DNA of 54,623 nucleotides. It comes from Clostridia bacterium. GTDB taxonomy: Bacteria > Bacillota > Clostridia > Oscillospirales > CAG-272. Positions within the stretch are counted from its first letter, which is position 1. Each line of letters starts with the position of its first letter. Below the pieces are notes generated by a model that saw nothing but the letters and a program-made list of their open reading frames with translations, ran no database searches and had not been told where the DNA came from. The DNA is taken from NCBI GenBank assembly GCA_017466625.1, contig JAFTTT010000064.1, positions 1 to 54,623 on the forward strand, written 5' to 3'. A program made the translations under genes and the position numbers. Of this stretch, positions 40,901 to 48,092 are shown piece after piece.

Positions 40901-41982
40901 CTCCGCTTCGCGATAACGAACGCGACCGCTACGAGCGTCCCGAAAAAAGCAAATACCGCTCGTCCCTCTATATTCACTGCGTAAAGGCGATAGAACGCTC
41001 GCTCGAGCTCGGCTCTCACGGACTCCCCTTAATGGGCGGTGGCGACTGGAACGACGGAATGAACGAGGTCGGACAAGACGGCGGTGAAAGCGTATGGCTC
41101 GGAATGTTCCTCTCCGTCGTCCTTGACTCCTTCGCGCCGATAGCAACACGAATGGGCGACCTTTCGGGCGCATCAAAATACCGACGCATCCGAGACGAGC
41201 TGATCGCGTCGGTCGAAAAGTGCTTTGACAGCGACAAATATCTCCGCGCCTTCTTCTCTGACGGCACGCCGATAGGCGGTGACGGCTTTACCGATATTCT
41301 TCCGCAGGCGTTCTCTGTGTTTGCAAAATGCGACGAAAAACGGTCAAAAACTGCACTTAAAACGGCGTTTAAGCGTCTCTTTTTGCCCGAAAACGGCACG
41401 TTTTTGCTCCTTTCTCCGCCCTTTTCGCGTCCAAGCGAGCGCGAGGTCGGCTATATATCCTCCTATCCTGGCGGCATCCGCGAGAACGGCGGACAGTACA
41501 CTCACGCCGCCGCATGGGCGGTAATGGCGATGACGGAGATCGGAATGAACGACGAGGCGACCGAGGCGGTGACGGCGATAAATCCCGCGTCGATCTGCCA
41601 AAGCCGCGAGGGTGCCGAGCGTTACCGCGGCGAGCCCTATTTCGTTGCAGGCGACGTGTCGGGCGCGCCCCAAAGCGTCGGCAGATGCGGCTGGTCGCTC
41701 TACACCGGCTCTGCCGGCTGGCTCTTTAACGCGGTCTTTGCGTCTATCCTCGGCATCGTCATCGAGGGCGACGCCTTCACGGTAAGTCCCACCCTCTCCG
41801 AGCGTCTGCCTTGCTATTCGGTAGTTTTCACTCACCTCGGCACGACCTACGAGATCACCGCCCACCGCGGCGAAAGGACGCAGTATATCCTCGACGGCAA
41901 AAATGTAAACAATTTATTTTATTTTGATAAAAATTACCATTTACTCGAAATAACGGTTGAAATTTCCTCCGAATTGCAGTAA
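34930..41982 (+). CDS. Cyclic beta-1,2-glucan synthase-like multidomain protein (GT84 transferase + transmembrane block + alpha/alpha6 glucanase/cyclase-like domain + GH94 phosphorylase)
   Basis: 2350-aa ORF. GT84-type motifs: DSD (36088-36096), SHDLLEG, HRWIRGD (36520-36540). TM segments around aa 580-740. GH94 motifs: FRDQLQD (40639-40659), HWWH, DDLLWLP, GDWND (41041-41055), ENGGQYTHAA. Confidence 0.8.
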   Translation: MKNRRINIKLLTGSLYKKYGSSEIFPLIFPYTEKLKGKIDCPRFFESVKKTVSPVFTTDPKKITKAVGDNVSYKELSRFYTYAVINALVALGEAPPTEELLAKTVDYLKTLYSIEIDGLYYELSEAERILSESKYFKSCDADTKNECRRQVTVSAKRRKISESEAATLFLSRDPFEHEKSVASRLYFPVLGIMTAAFSVVTLTVTKNPAFFLFTLLPMSEGAKQLTDYIFSHFVRTVPIPKKKLKSIPDDARTLTVITSLLTGKESDLELCKKIRDCAYANKDANAYFGLLCDLKEADSPTSPTDRDTENRIADAVDEMNSIYGTNIILFVRDRRYAPSEDKYMGWERKRGAIIELTRYLKGNETSIRVLCGDPTPLSDIKYVITLDSDTRLYTGAVTDLVGTMLHPSNKPVIKGGRVIKGHAILQPKMEASLLSAEKTPYTVLTSDGSDDVYASASYETYQSIFGEGIFCGKGIFDLDAYSSLIDGAFPDGAVLSHDLLEGSRLRAGAVTDITLTDDIPKSPLSSFDRSHRWIRGDVQALAFAGKYCKDENGKQYRNPISPLSVYKIYDNVRRALVPISAFAALILCIFRPSHLSPYISLLALAYLVIPFFLSIISTLKSTGRRFFSHLIPASLSALLNFIYSLSSLTHTAIRNADAILRAGYRALFSRKKLLEWKTASESDGIKGLPLVLYSMLPSMAVGLSLLIFCPRLPLKILGALTFLFPFACHILGKPFKTPEKISESDEKLLREYARDSWKFFSERVNKEENHLPPDNIQFTPDERVAHRTSPTNIGLYLLSVCAAAKLGLINEKEALSRIDNTLNTVMHLPKWHGHLYNWYDTETLFILGQSYVSTVDSGNLITALVALKELLRSDFEKDGRRDEIIKKAEKLIKDADFSYLYNEKKKLMLIGINPEKLENDPPCYDFFTSEERTTSFYAIARGDVPREHWRYLRRIPTVIGGYTALTSWTGTAFEYLMPSLLTPTVRGSLSYEALSSAVREQKKTVCHGVWGRSESGYFDFDRDLNYQYKAFGVQSLALKNGIDKEKVVSPYSSFLALPFDRAAAISNLKRLKRKGMYGEYGFYEALDMTPERVGHGYAVIKSQMSHHVGMSLTAIANACLNEVFVRAFMSDPYCSSALGLLTERVPKNAVSIKRKRSVAKKTVIPEPLPRLFALDRPSENESASLISEGGASAVMMGDMLRLSALKGEITLDPFTFGRIYRPRLIMSVDNTTFDLMSGKPKDGNGRIARVYDTRRFISEMSLSLFPRSKTFVMSVSVEGHVKTVTPMLVLFPTIAPNADRLSHPPYCDIMVVSEYCEKERALLYRKQEKSAEDGERCFAVSFESGSGGEEFITGRDILPEMFSESDIEALIKKEFDNETGAFSEPFCAVKKTSQTNGKYLLNILIAVGRSKEETLSRLTLARKEIKDGRGKNGAHIAEQAIKSKNNGFPAVTSDPRYKTLLCEILSSLLVPKKRTPRGSYAVSDFWRHGISGDNPIMTITLGRDFSRSSPAYKWFKLFVLCHKQLNLSGIKLDTAVLYDDGGEYMSKTRSALIEAVNECAAGFFLKGGIFLIDGENDRDLFENTASVTAELDTAFTLDAFVIKNRGERTHKTQPITAVTRVKSYPPKDALHVHGGYFTENGFTLLKSERGGKKLPHSYVYAFNHFGTLVTDSSLGYTWIGNSHERRITAYIPDLRRHLNGERLIATVADAEYDLVACSHTVSFNRGEAVWEGKAGPVSYTVTASIDPKLPCKAVTVTYIGSADIKTEYRIRPVLGDIERRNRPIRVEMLDELTVYTPTVSDCPDTAFLYKREFDNTVCFLLGAFPSGRTRVLDTVMRKYKTRESFRNCAEEYEKHVSSLLPSLRMTSPDRYLSVMTEYYLPYQALVCRFYGRTGFYQSGGAYGFRDQLQDCLSIMLSAPSVARTHILRCACRQYEEGDVNHWWHVTRGVCRGVRTQYTDDLLWLPYVASKYASFTGDHEIFDIELPYIVSPPLRDNERDRYERPEKSKYRSSLYIHCVKAIERSLELGSHGLPLMGGGDWNDGMNEVGQDGGESVWLGMFLSVVLDSFAPIATRMGDLSGASKYRRIRDELIASVEKCFDSDKYLRAFFSDGTPIGGDGFTDILPQAFSVFAKCDEKRSKTALKTAFKRLFLPENGTFLLLSPPFSRPSEREVGYISSYPGGIRENGGQYTHAAAWAVMAMTEIGMNDEATEAVTAINPASICQSREGAERYRGEPYFVAGDVSGAPQSVGRCGWSLYTGSAGWLFNAVFASILGIVIEGDAFTVSPTLSERLPCYSVVFTHLGTTYEITAHRGERTQYILDGKNVNNLFYFDKNYHLLEITVEISSELQ

Positions 41983-42015
41983 AATAGTAGGAGTAATTCC
42001 CGAAAGGATAAACCT

Positions 42016-43311
42016 ATGCTACCGATAAGGAAAATGATAGGCGACGGAGTCGCACTGAATATCATACCGACCGATAAATTTAAGACGAACTGCATAACCG
42101 TCCGTTTCCTCTGCCCGATGGCGGAGGAGACGGCGGCGCTCAATGCTCTGCTTCCGTCGGTACTCAAAAGGGGATGTCTGCGTCTGCCGACGATGACGGA
42201 CATCGTAAAGGAGCTTCAGATGCTTTACCGCTCGGAGCTTCAGAGCACCGTCGGGCGCTTCGGCGACACGCAGTATTTCGGTTTCACCTCCTACCCGCTT
42301 CGTGCATCGTACACCGAGGGCACGAACGTAACGGAGCAGATACTTTCCCTTATGTCGGAGCTTATGAATAAACCGCTTCTTGAAAACGGCGTGCTTAAAG
42401 CAGAGTACGTCGAGGGCGAAAAGAGGACGCTTGCCGACCGCGTAAGGGCGGCGATAAACGACAAGGGCTCTTACGCCATCCGCCGCTGTGTTGAGGAGAT
42501 GGGAAAGGGCGACGCGTCGTCGATCCCCGACACGGGAACCATCGAACAGATCGAGGCGGTAACTCCCGAAGCGCTTACGAAGCATCTGAGCAGCGTTATA
42601 AACACTGCCCGTATCGAAATATGGTGCGCCGGTGTATTCGATCAAGATGCGCTCGAGAATGACTGCCGCCGTCTCTTCGTGCGTGAGGGCAGAACGCCCT
42701 GCGCCGAAGCCGAGGTCACTCCCATCGCGCCCGCCGACACCGTCAATAACGTGACCGAGGATCAGCCCGTTAAGCAGGGCAAGCTTTCCCTCGGCTTTAC
42801 GACCTCTATCCGTCCGACGCCCGAGGTCTCGGCGTCCTTCAATCTTTTCCTCGGCGTTCTTTCGAGCTCGCCGACCGCGAAGCTCTTTATGAACGTCCGC
42901 GAGAAGCTTTCGCTTTGTTATTACTGCTATGCGCTTCCCGACCGTCAGAAGGGCACTCTCGTAGTTTCGAGCGGAATTGAGGTCAAGAACAAGGACGTTG
43001 CAGAGCGCGCCATCATAAACGAAATTGAAGATATTAAGCGCGGCAAGGTTACGGGCGAGGAGCTCGAATCTGCAAGAAAGGCGCTCATCAGCGGCTGGAG
43101 AAGCGTCTGCGACGACGAAATGGCAATCATAAACTGGTATTTCTCGCAGATACGTTGGAACGGATTTATTTCTCCCGAGGAATTAGCCGAGAAATGCGCC
43201 GATATTACCGTTTCCGATATTGCGTCGGTCGCTTCAACTCTGAAGCTTCATACCGTATATTTCCTTAACGGAACGCTCATCGGAGAAAGTGAGGACGAGG
43301 ATTATGAATAA
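42016..43311 (+). CDS. M16 (pitrilysin/insulinase) family peptidase, non-catalytic-type subunit
   Basis: 431-aa ORF with M16-like fold features but no HxxEH motif. Paired with the catalytic-type paralog downstream. Confidence 0.65.
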   Translation: MLPIRKMIGDGVALNIIPTDKFKTNCITVRFLCPMAEETAALNALLPSVLKRGCLRLPTMTDIVKELQMLYRSELQSTVGRFGDTQYFGFTSYPLRASYTEGTNVTEQILSLMSELMNKPLLENGVLKAEYVEGEKRTLADRVRAAINDKGSYAIRRCVEEMGKGDASSIPDTGTIEQIEAVTPEALTKHLSSVINTARIEIWCAGVFDQDALENDCRRLFVREGRTPCAEAEVTPIAPADTVNNVTEDQPVKQGKLSLGFTTSIRPTPEVSASFNLFLGVLSSSPTAKLFMNVREKLSLCYYCYALPDRQKGTLVVSSGIEVKNKDVAERAIINEIEDIKRGKVTGEELESARKALISGWRSVCDDEMAIINWYFSQIRWNGFISPEELAEKCADITVSDIASVASTLKLHTVYFLNGTLIGESEDEDYE

Positions 43312-44590
43312 GCCGATAACGGTCAAAAACGATCTGCTCGGCGAGCAGTATTCGGTCGTCACTCACAAAAGCGGTCTTAAAATATACGTTTTCCCGAAGG
43401 ATCTGACGTCGTCCTACTGTCTTATCGCGACCCGCTTCGGCTCTGTCGACAACACCTTCAAGGTCGGAGACGAGAATGAATACGTGACCGTCCCCGACGG
43501 CGTTGCACATTTTCTTGAGCACAAGCTTTTTGAAAACGAGGACGGCGAGGACACCTTTGTGAAATTCGCGCGCACGGGTGCTGACGCAAACGCCTACACG
43601 TCCTTCCGCGTGACCGCTTACCTCTGCTCCTGCACAGACGAGCTTTATCCGTCGCTCGAGATACTGCTCCGATCCGTTTTCTCGCCGTATTTCACCGAGG
43701 AGAACGTCAAAAAGGAGCAAGGCATAATCGCCCAGGAGATAAGAATGGGCGAGGACAATCCCTCTAACGCCGTTCAGTACGGAATGCTTGAGGGTCTGTA
43801 CGAAAGGAACAGCGTCCGTATAAACATCGCAGGCACCGTTCCGTCGATAATGAAGATAACGCCCGAAACGCTCTATCGCTGTCACAAGGCGTTCTACAAT
43901 CCGTCAAATATGGCTCTCTGCGTTTGCGGACGAGCCGAGCTCGACGAGGTCCTTGCAGTCGCGGACAGGTGCTTGAGCGGAATCGAGCCGATCCCCGTCG
44001 CAAGTCAGACCGTGACCGAGGGGAATACCGCGTTCAAGAAACGCGTCGTGCAGAGGATGCAGGTATCGAAGCCGATCGTTTGTATCGGTGTAAAGGACGC
44101 CGACATTTCGCCCGATCCCGAGGAAAGAGTTAAAAAGAGCATCGCCTTTGATCTCATTTCCGCCATTTGCTTCGAAAAATCGTCCGATTTCTACGCGTCG
44201 CTATACGAAGGCGGACTCATCTCCCCCTCGTTCAGCACCTGGTACGAGCATACCGAGTCCTTTTCCTTCTTCTCGGTGTTTACCGACACCGACGAGCCCG
44301 AAAAGCTCTTCGAAAAATTTGAAGAATACTCCCAAAACGGCTTGACCGACGCCATCACCGACGAAAGCTTCGAGCGGTGCCGACGGGCTCTGTATTCGTC
44401 GTTTATCAAGAGCTTCGACAGCGTGGACGAAATCGCGAACAATCTTATCGTTGATTTCGCGCTCGAGGGTGCCGAGCTCTTCGGTTATTTGGATCACGTG
44501 AAAAATATTACCGCCGACTACGTCAAGGACGTTGCAAAAAAGCTTTTCGTTCCCGAGGCGTACACTATGTCGGTCGTAGAACCATTATGA
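43304..44590 (+). CDS. M16 family zinc peptidase (HxxEH type)
   Basis: Start moved to ATG 43304 (MNKPITVKN), overlapping the upstream stop. Inverted zinc motif HFLEH followed by ...E.GIIAQEI. Confidence 0.75.
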   Translation: MNKPITVKNDLLGEQYSVVTHKSGLKIYVFPKDLTSSYCLIATRFGSVDNTFKVGDENEYVTVPDGVAHFLEHKLFENEDGEDTFVKFARTGADANAYTSFRVTAYLCSCTDELYPSLEILLRSVFSPYFTEENVKKEQGIIAQEIRMGEDNPSNAVQYGMLEGLYERNSVRINIAGTVPSIMKITPETLYRCHKAFYNPSNMALCVCGRAELDEVLAVADRCLSGIEPIPVASQTVTEGNTAFKKRVVQRMQVSKPIVCIGVKDADISPDPEERVKKSIAFDLISAICFEKSSDFYASLYEGGLISPSFSTWYEHTESFSFFSVFTDTDEPEKLFEKFEEYSQNGLTDAITDESFERCRRALYSSFIKSFDSVDEIANNLIVDFALEGAELFGYLDHVKNITADYVKDVAKKLFVPEAYTMSVVEPL

Positions 44591-44600
44591 GGTACAATAT

Positions 44601-45575
44601 ATGAATCATATATCGTTTCCCGGCCTCGGGATAAAGGAATTTGCCGTTAACCCTCAAGCTTTTGAGCTTTTCGGCCGTCCCGTTATGTGGTACGGAGTCA
44701 TCATTTCCTTCGGAATGATCCTCGCCGTGCTCTACGTTCTCTACCGCGCAAAGCACAATGAAAATATCAAACAGGACGACGTTTTCGATTACGCCATCTG
44801 GGCAGTTCTCTCGGGCGTTATCGGAGCGCGCATTTACTACGTCGCGACGAAGTTCGAGGACTACAAGGCGGACACTCCTCTTGAGACCTTCAAAAACTGT
44901 ATCGCGATATGGGAGGGCGGAATCGCCATCTACGGCGCGATAATCGGAGGGCTTCTTGCCGTCATCGCCGTTTCTTACTTTAAGAAGATCAAGCTCGGCA
45001 AGGCGCTCGATATGATATCCCCTGCCGTGATGCTCGCACAGTCGATCGGACGTTGGGGCAACTTCTTCAACGCCGAGGCGCACGGCGGACCTACCACGCT
45101 CCCCTGGCGAATGGGTATCCGCAACGACGAATTCCCGAGTGCGGTTTACGTTCATCCGACCTTCCTTTACGAGTCTCTTTGGAACATCCTCGGATTTGTA
45201 CTTATAAATCTCTTTTATAAAAAGAAAAAATACGACGGGCAGATCTTCGTTATGTACCTGACCTGGTACGGCTTCGGAAGAATGCTCATTGAGGGTCTCC
45301 GTACCGACTCGCTTTACGTCGGCTCCTTCCGCATATCGCAGGTGATTGGCTTCCTCTGCTTCTTTATCGGAGCTTGCTTCCTTTCCGCTATGGAGATAGT
45401 ACGTCACCTTCGCAAAAAGGACGAGGAGACGGCCGCGCTTGAAGCAAATGACGAGGAAGAAAAAGCCGAGGAAGAAAAAGCCGAGGTCAAAGAGGAAGAA
45501 AAAGCAGAAGAAAAGAAGGACGACGGAGTTTTTGAGATCGCCGACAATTACAGTGGCGACGAGGACGATGACTGA
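44601..45575 (+). CDS. lgt: Prolipoprotein diacylglyceryl transferase with an acidic low-complexity C-terminal tail
   Basis: 324-aa ORF. Motifs GGIAIYGAIIGG, GRWGNFFNAEAHG, PTFLYESLWN. Extra Glu/Lys-rich tail of about 55 aa. Confidence 0.85.
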   Translation: MNHISFPGLGIKEFAVNPQAFELFGRPVMWYGVIISFGMILAVLYVLYRAKHNENIKQDDVFDYAIWAVLSGVIGARIYYVATKFEDYKADTPLETFKNCIAIWEGGIAIYGAIIGGLLAVIAVSYFKKIKLGKALDMISPAVMLAQSIGRWGNFFNAEAHGGPTTLPWRMGIRNDEFPSAVYVHPTFLYESLWNILGFVLINLFYKKKKYDGQIFVMYLTWYGFGRMLIEGLRTDSLYVGSFRISQVIGFLCFFIGACFLSAMEIVRHLRKKDEETAALEANDEEEKAEEEKAEVKEEEKAEEKKDDGVFEIADNYSGDEDDD

Positions 45576-45587
45576 AAGGACAAACCC

Positions 45588-46427
45588 ATGAACATAATCA
45601 ACGGAAAAGAAATATCGGCATCTATCCGCGCCGAGATCAAGGCAGAAACAGAAAAAATGAGTGTCCGTCCCGGACTTGCCGTCATTCTCGTCGGCAGCGA
45701 CCCTGCGTCGCAGGTCTACGTTCGCAACAAGAACAAGGCGTGCGAGGAGGTCGGCTTCTACTCGGAAATGTATACCCTTCCCGAGGAAACAAGCATGGAG
45801 GATCTGCTCGGTCTTATCGATCAGCTCAATCACAGTCCGCAGATACACGGTATCCTCGTTCAGCTTCCGCTCCCGAAGCACCTTGACGAGGAAAAGGTCA
45901 TTCTTGCCATCAGCCCCGAAAAGGATGTTGACGCCTTCCATCCCGTTAACGTCGGAAAGATAATGATAGGAAACCACTCCTTCCTTCCCTGCACTCCCGC
46001 AGGCGTTATGGAGCTTCTTTCGCGCTCGGGAATTGACGTCAGCGGCAAGGAATGCGTCGTTATAGGACGGTCGAACATCGTCGGTAAGCCCCAGGCGATG
46101 CTCCTGCTTCACGCGAACGGTACAGTCACCGTCTGCCATTCGAGAACCAAGAATCTAACCGAGATCTGCGCCCGTGCCGACATTCTCGTCTCGGCTATCG
46201 GAAAAGCGAAGTTCGTAACTCCCGATATGGTAAAAGAGGGCGCGGTCGTTATCGACGTCGGTATAAACCGCGACGAAAACGGCAAGCTTTGCGGCGACGT
46301 TGACTTTGACGCCGTTGCTCCCAAGACGTCCTTTATCACTCCCGTGCCCGGCGGCGTCGGCCCCATGACCATCACGATGCTGATGAAAAATACCCTCACC
46401 GCTGCCAAAAATATCGAAAATAAGTGA
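45588..46427 (+). CDS. folD: Bifunctional methylenetetrahydrofolate dehydrogenase / methenyl-THF cyclohydrolase
   Basis: 279-aa ORF. Motifs [46 protein letters not shown]. Confidence 0.9.
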   Translation: MNIINGKEISASIRAEIKAETEKMSVRPGLAVILVGSDPASQVYVRNKNKACEEVGFYSEMYTLPEETSMEDLLGLIDQLNHSPQIHGILVQLPLPKHLDEEKVILAISPEKDVDAFHPVNVGKIMIGNHSFLPCTPAGVMELLSRSGIDVSGKECVVIGRSNIVGKPQAMLLLHANGTVTVCHSRTKNLTEICARADILVSAIGKAKFVTPDMVKEGAVVIDVGINRDENGKLCGDVDFDAVAPKTSFITPVPGGVGPMTITMLMKNTLTAAKNIENK

Positions 46428-46463
46428 GTTTACAGAAAGTTTACATTTGCATATTCAAATCTG

Positions 46464-46493
46464 TTGACAAACCGATAAATTAAATGTTATAAT
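46464..46493 (+). promoter_or_regulatory. Putative sigma-A promoter of rplU-prp-rpmA
   Basis: TTGACA (46464-46469), 18 nt, TATAAT (46488-46493) with an upstream TG. Confidence 0.55.
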
Positions 46494-46595
46494 GTCATTT
46501 GCCGCGTGATCTACGGGTCATAAAAAGTACTTCGTACTTACCCGTATCAGCGAGTCTGCGGTTAAAATCCGCGTAATGAAAGTGAGGTGCTTTTC
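46494..46595 (+). promoter_or_regulatory. Structured 5' leader of the L21 operon (possible r-protein autoregulatory leader)
   Basis: Nested stems TACGGGT (46512-18)/ACCCGTA (46540-46) enclosing AGTAC-TTC-GTACT. GCGG (46558-61) can pair either with CCGC 46502-05 or with CCGC 46569-72, next to the RBS. Confidence 0.4.
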
Positions 46596-46907
46596 GTGTT
46601 TGCAGTTATTGAAACCGGCGGAAAGCAGTACAAAGTCTCCGAAGGCGACGTAGTTTACGTAGAGAAGCTCGACGTAAACGAAGGCGAAACTGTTACCTTT
46701 GATAAGGTTCTTGCAGTTTCGGCAAACGATTCTTTCTCCTGCGGCGCTCCCTACGTTGAGGGCGCTACCGTTACTGCCAATGTCGTTAAGAACGGCAAGG
46801 GCAAGAAGATCCACATTCTTCGCTACAAGGCAAAGAAGAATGAGAAGAAGAAGATCGGTCACAGACAGCCTTATACTAAGGTTCAGATCACCGCTATCAA
46901 CGGCTAA
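46596..46907 (+). CDS. rplU: 50S ribosomal protein L21
   Basis: GTG 46596 ([14 protein letters not shown]), 7 nt after GTGAGGTG. The track ORF starts 3 codons earlier. 103 aa. Confidence 0.9.
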   Translation: MFAVIETGGKQYKVSEGDVVYVEKLDVNEGETVTFDKVLAVSANDSFSCGAPYVEGATVTANVVKNGKGKKIHILRYKAKKNEKKKIGHRQPYTKVQITAING

Positions 46908-46913
46908 TCTGAC

Positions 46914-47264
46914 ATGATCAAGGTCACATTCTTCAAAAGAGACGGCGTTTATTACGGCTTCAGAGAAACCGGTCATGCGGGATTCGACGATGCCGGTAAG
47001 GATATCGTTTGTGCGGCTGTGTCCGCTATGACGATGCTCGTCATAAATGCTATTGAGGTCTCTTACGAATCAAACGTTGAGTATTCTATCGACGAGGACA
47101 CCGCTGATATCGAGGTCAGAGTGCCGAGCGCGCTCCCCGAGAACAGCGACGACGAAACGAAGCGTTTCGCCGTATCGGGTCTTATCGGTGCGTACTTCCT
47201 TCAGCTTATCGATATGCTTGAGGATTACGACGAATATCTTGACGTAAACGAGGTCGAGGACTAA
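46914..47264 (+). CDS. prp: Ribosomal-processing cysteine protease Prp (YsxB family)
   Basis: 116-aa ORF between rplU and rpmA. Motifs GHAGF...G.DIVCAAVSA (catalytic His/Cys). Confidence 0.85.
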   Translation: MIKVTFFKRDGVYYGFRETGHAGFDDAGKDIVCAAVSAMTMLVINAIEVSYESNVEYSIDEDTADIEVRVPSALPENSDDETKRFAVSGLIGAYFLQLIDMLEDYDEYLDVNEVED

Positions 47265-47311
47265 CGGTGCCTCGGCGCAACACATTTAACGATTAACGGA
47301 GGTAAGAAACG

Positions 47312-47590
47312 ATGTTGAAGCTTAATCTTCAATTCTTTGCTCATAAGAAGGGCGTTGGTTCCACTAAGAACGGCCGTGACTCTGAGTCCAAGCGTCTTGG
47401 TGCGAAGAAGGCAGACGGCCAGAGCGTAATCGCCGGCAATATCATTGTCAGACAGCGCGGAACTCACATCCACCCCGGTAAGAACGTAGGTCGCGGTAAG
47501 GACGATACCCTTTTCGCACTCACGAACGGTGTGGTCCGTTTCGAGCATATGACTCGTGATAAGAAGCGCGTCAGCGTTTACGAGGACTGA
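47312..47590 (+). CDS. rpmA: 50S ribosomal protein L27 with N-terminal propeptide
   Basis: 92-aa [12 protein letters not shown]|[15 protein letters not shown]: the Firmicute-type extension removed by Prp. Confidence 0.9.
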   Translation: MLKLNLQFFAHKKGVGSTKNGRDSESKRLGAKKADGQSVIAGNIIVRQRGTHIHPGKNVGRGKDDTLFALTNGVVRFEHMTRDKKRVSVYED

Positions 47591-47600
47591 TTCACCAAAT

Positions 47601-47629
47601 AAAAAGAACGCCGAACGGCGTTCTTTTTT
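47601..47629 (+). terminator. Intrinsic terminator after rpmA
   Basis: AAAAAGAACGCC-GAA-CGGCGTTCTTTTTT. Confidence 0.85.
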
Positions 47630-47631
47630 AT

Positions 47632-48086
47632 TTGTGAATGAAAACCACGCGTGAGGAGCGTGGTTCAAAAAAAGGTTAACCGATGAACAGAAATGATGTA
47701 AAGAAAAAATGTAGTTTAAGGGTAGTTTGTGCCAATGGCTCCAACTCCGGAGTAGTTTGCTGCGCAACCTACGGGAGCTGTCACCGAAGGTGACTGAAGG
47801 AGCCATCGGGCGAGAAACGTCCGATAGAAGATATTTACAGAACCGCCCTAATGAGAAGGGCAACGCTCTATAATTCCTTTCATCGCGTGCTCCTTCCGTC
47901 TTTTTGCTTCGCAAAAATCCACCTCCCTCCCGGAGGGAGGCAATGAAACGTCCCTGAACCCATTTATGGGTAGCAAGTATCAAATGCATGGCTGGCAGGT
48001 GGGACTAAAGCGCACTTGTGCGCAGCCAGTAGTATTAGGGCTACGCCCGAAAATGAAATACCCCCCGCTATGCGGGGGGATATTTG
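47632..48086 (+). repeat. Intergenic mosaic element, long form, copy B (candidate structured ncRNA or MITE)
   Basis: Matches the reverse complement of 19310-19709 at its 5' block (47634-47742) and 3' block (47957-48084). 214-nt hairpin-rich core. Ends in CCCCCCGC-TAT-GCGGGGGG plus ATATTTGTTTTT. Confidence 0.85.
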
Positions 48087-48092
48087 TTTTTA

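Noticed and set aside
42016-44590. M16 peptidase pair as a RiPP or bacteriocin maturation system
   Set aside because: No precursor peptide, radical-SAM, cyclase or dedicated exporter gene is adjacent. The pair sits in a housekeeping string with lgt and folD, like the common Firmicute YmfF/YmfH-type pair.
44565-46139. 524-aa minus-strand ORF
   Set aside because: Antisense shadow of lgt and folD, for the same codon-bias reason. It spans two unrelated sense genes.
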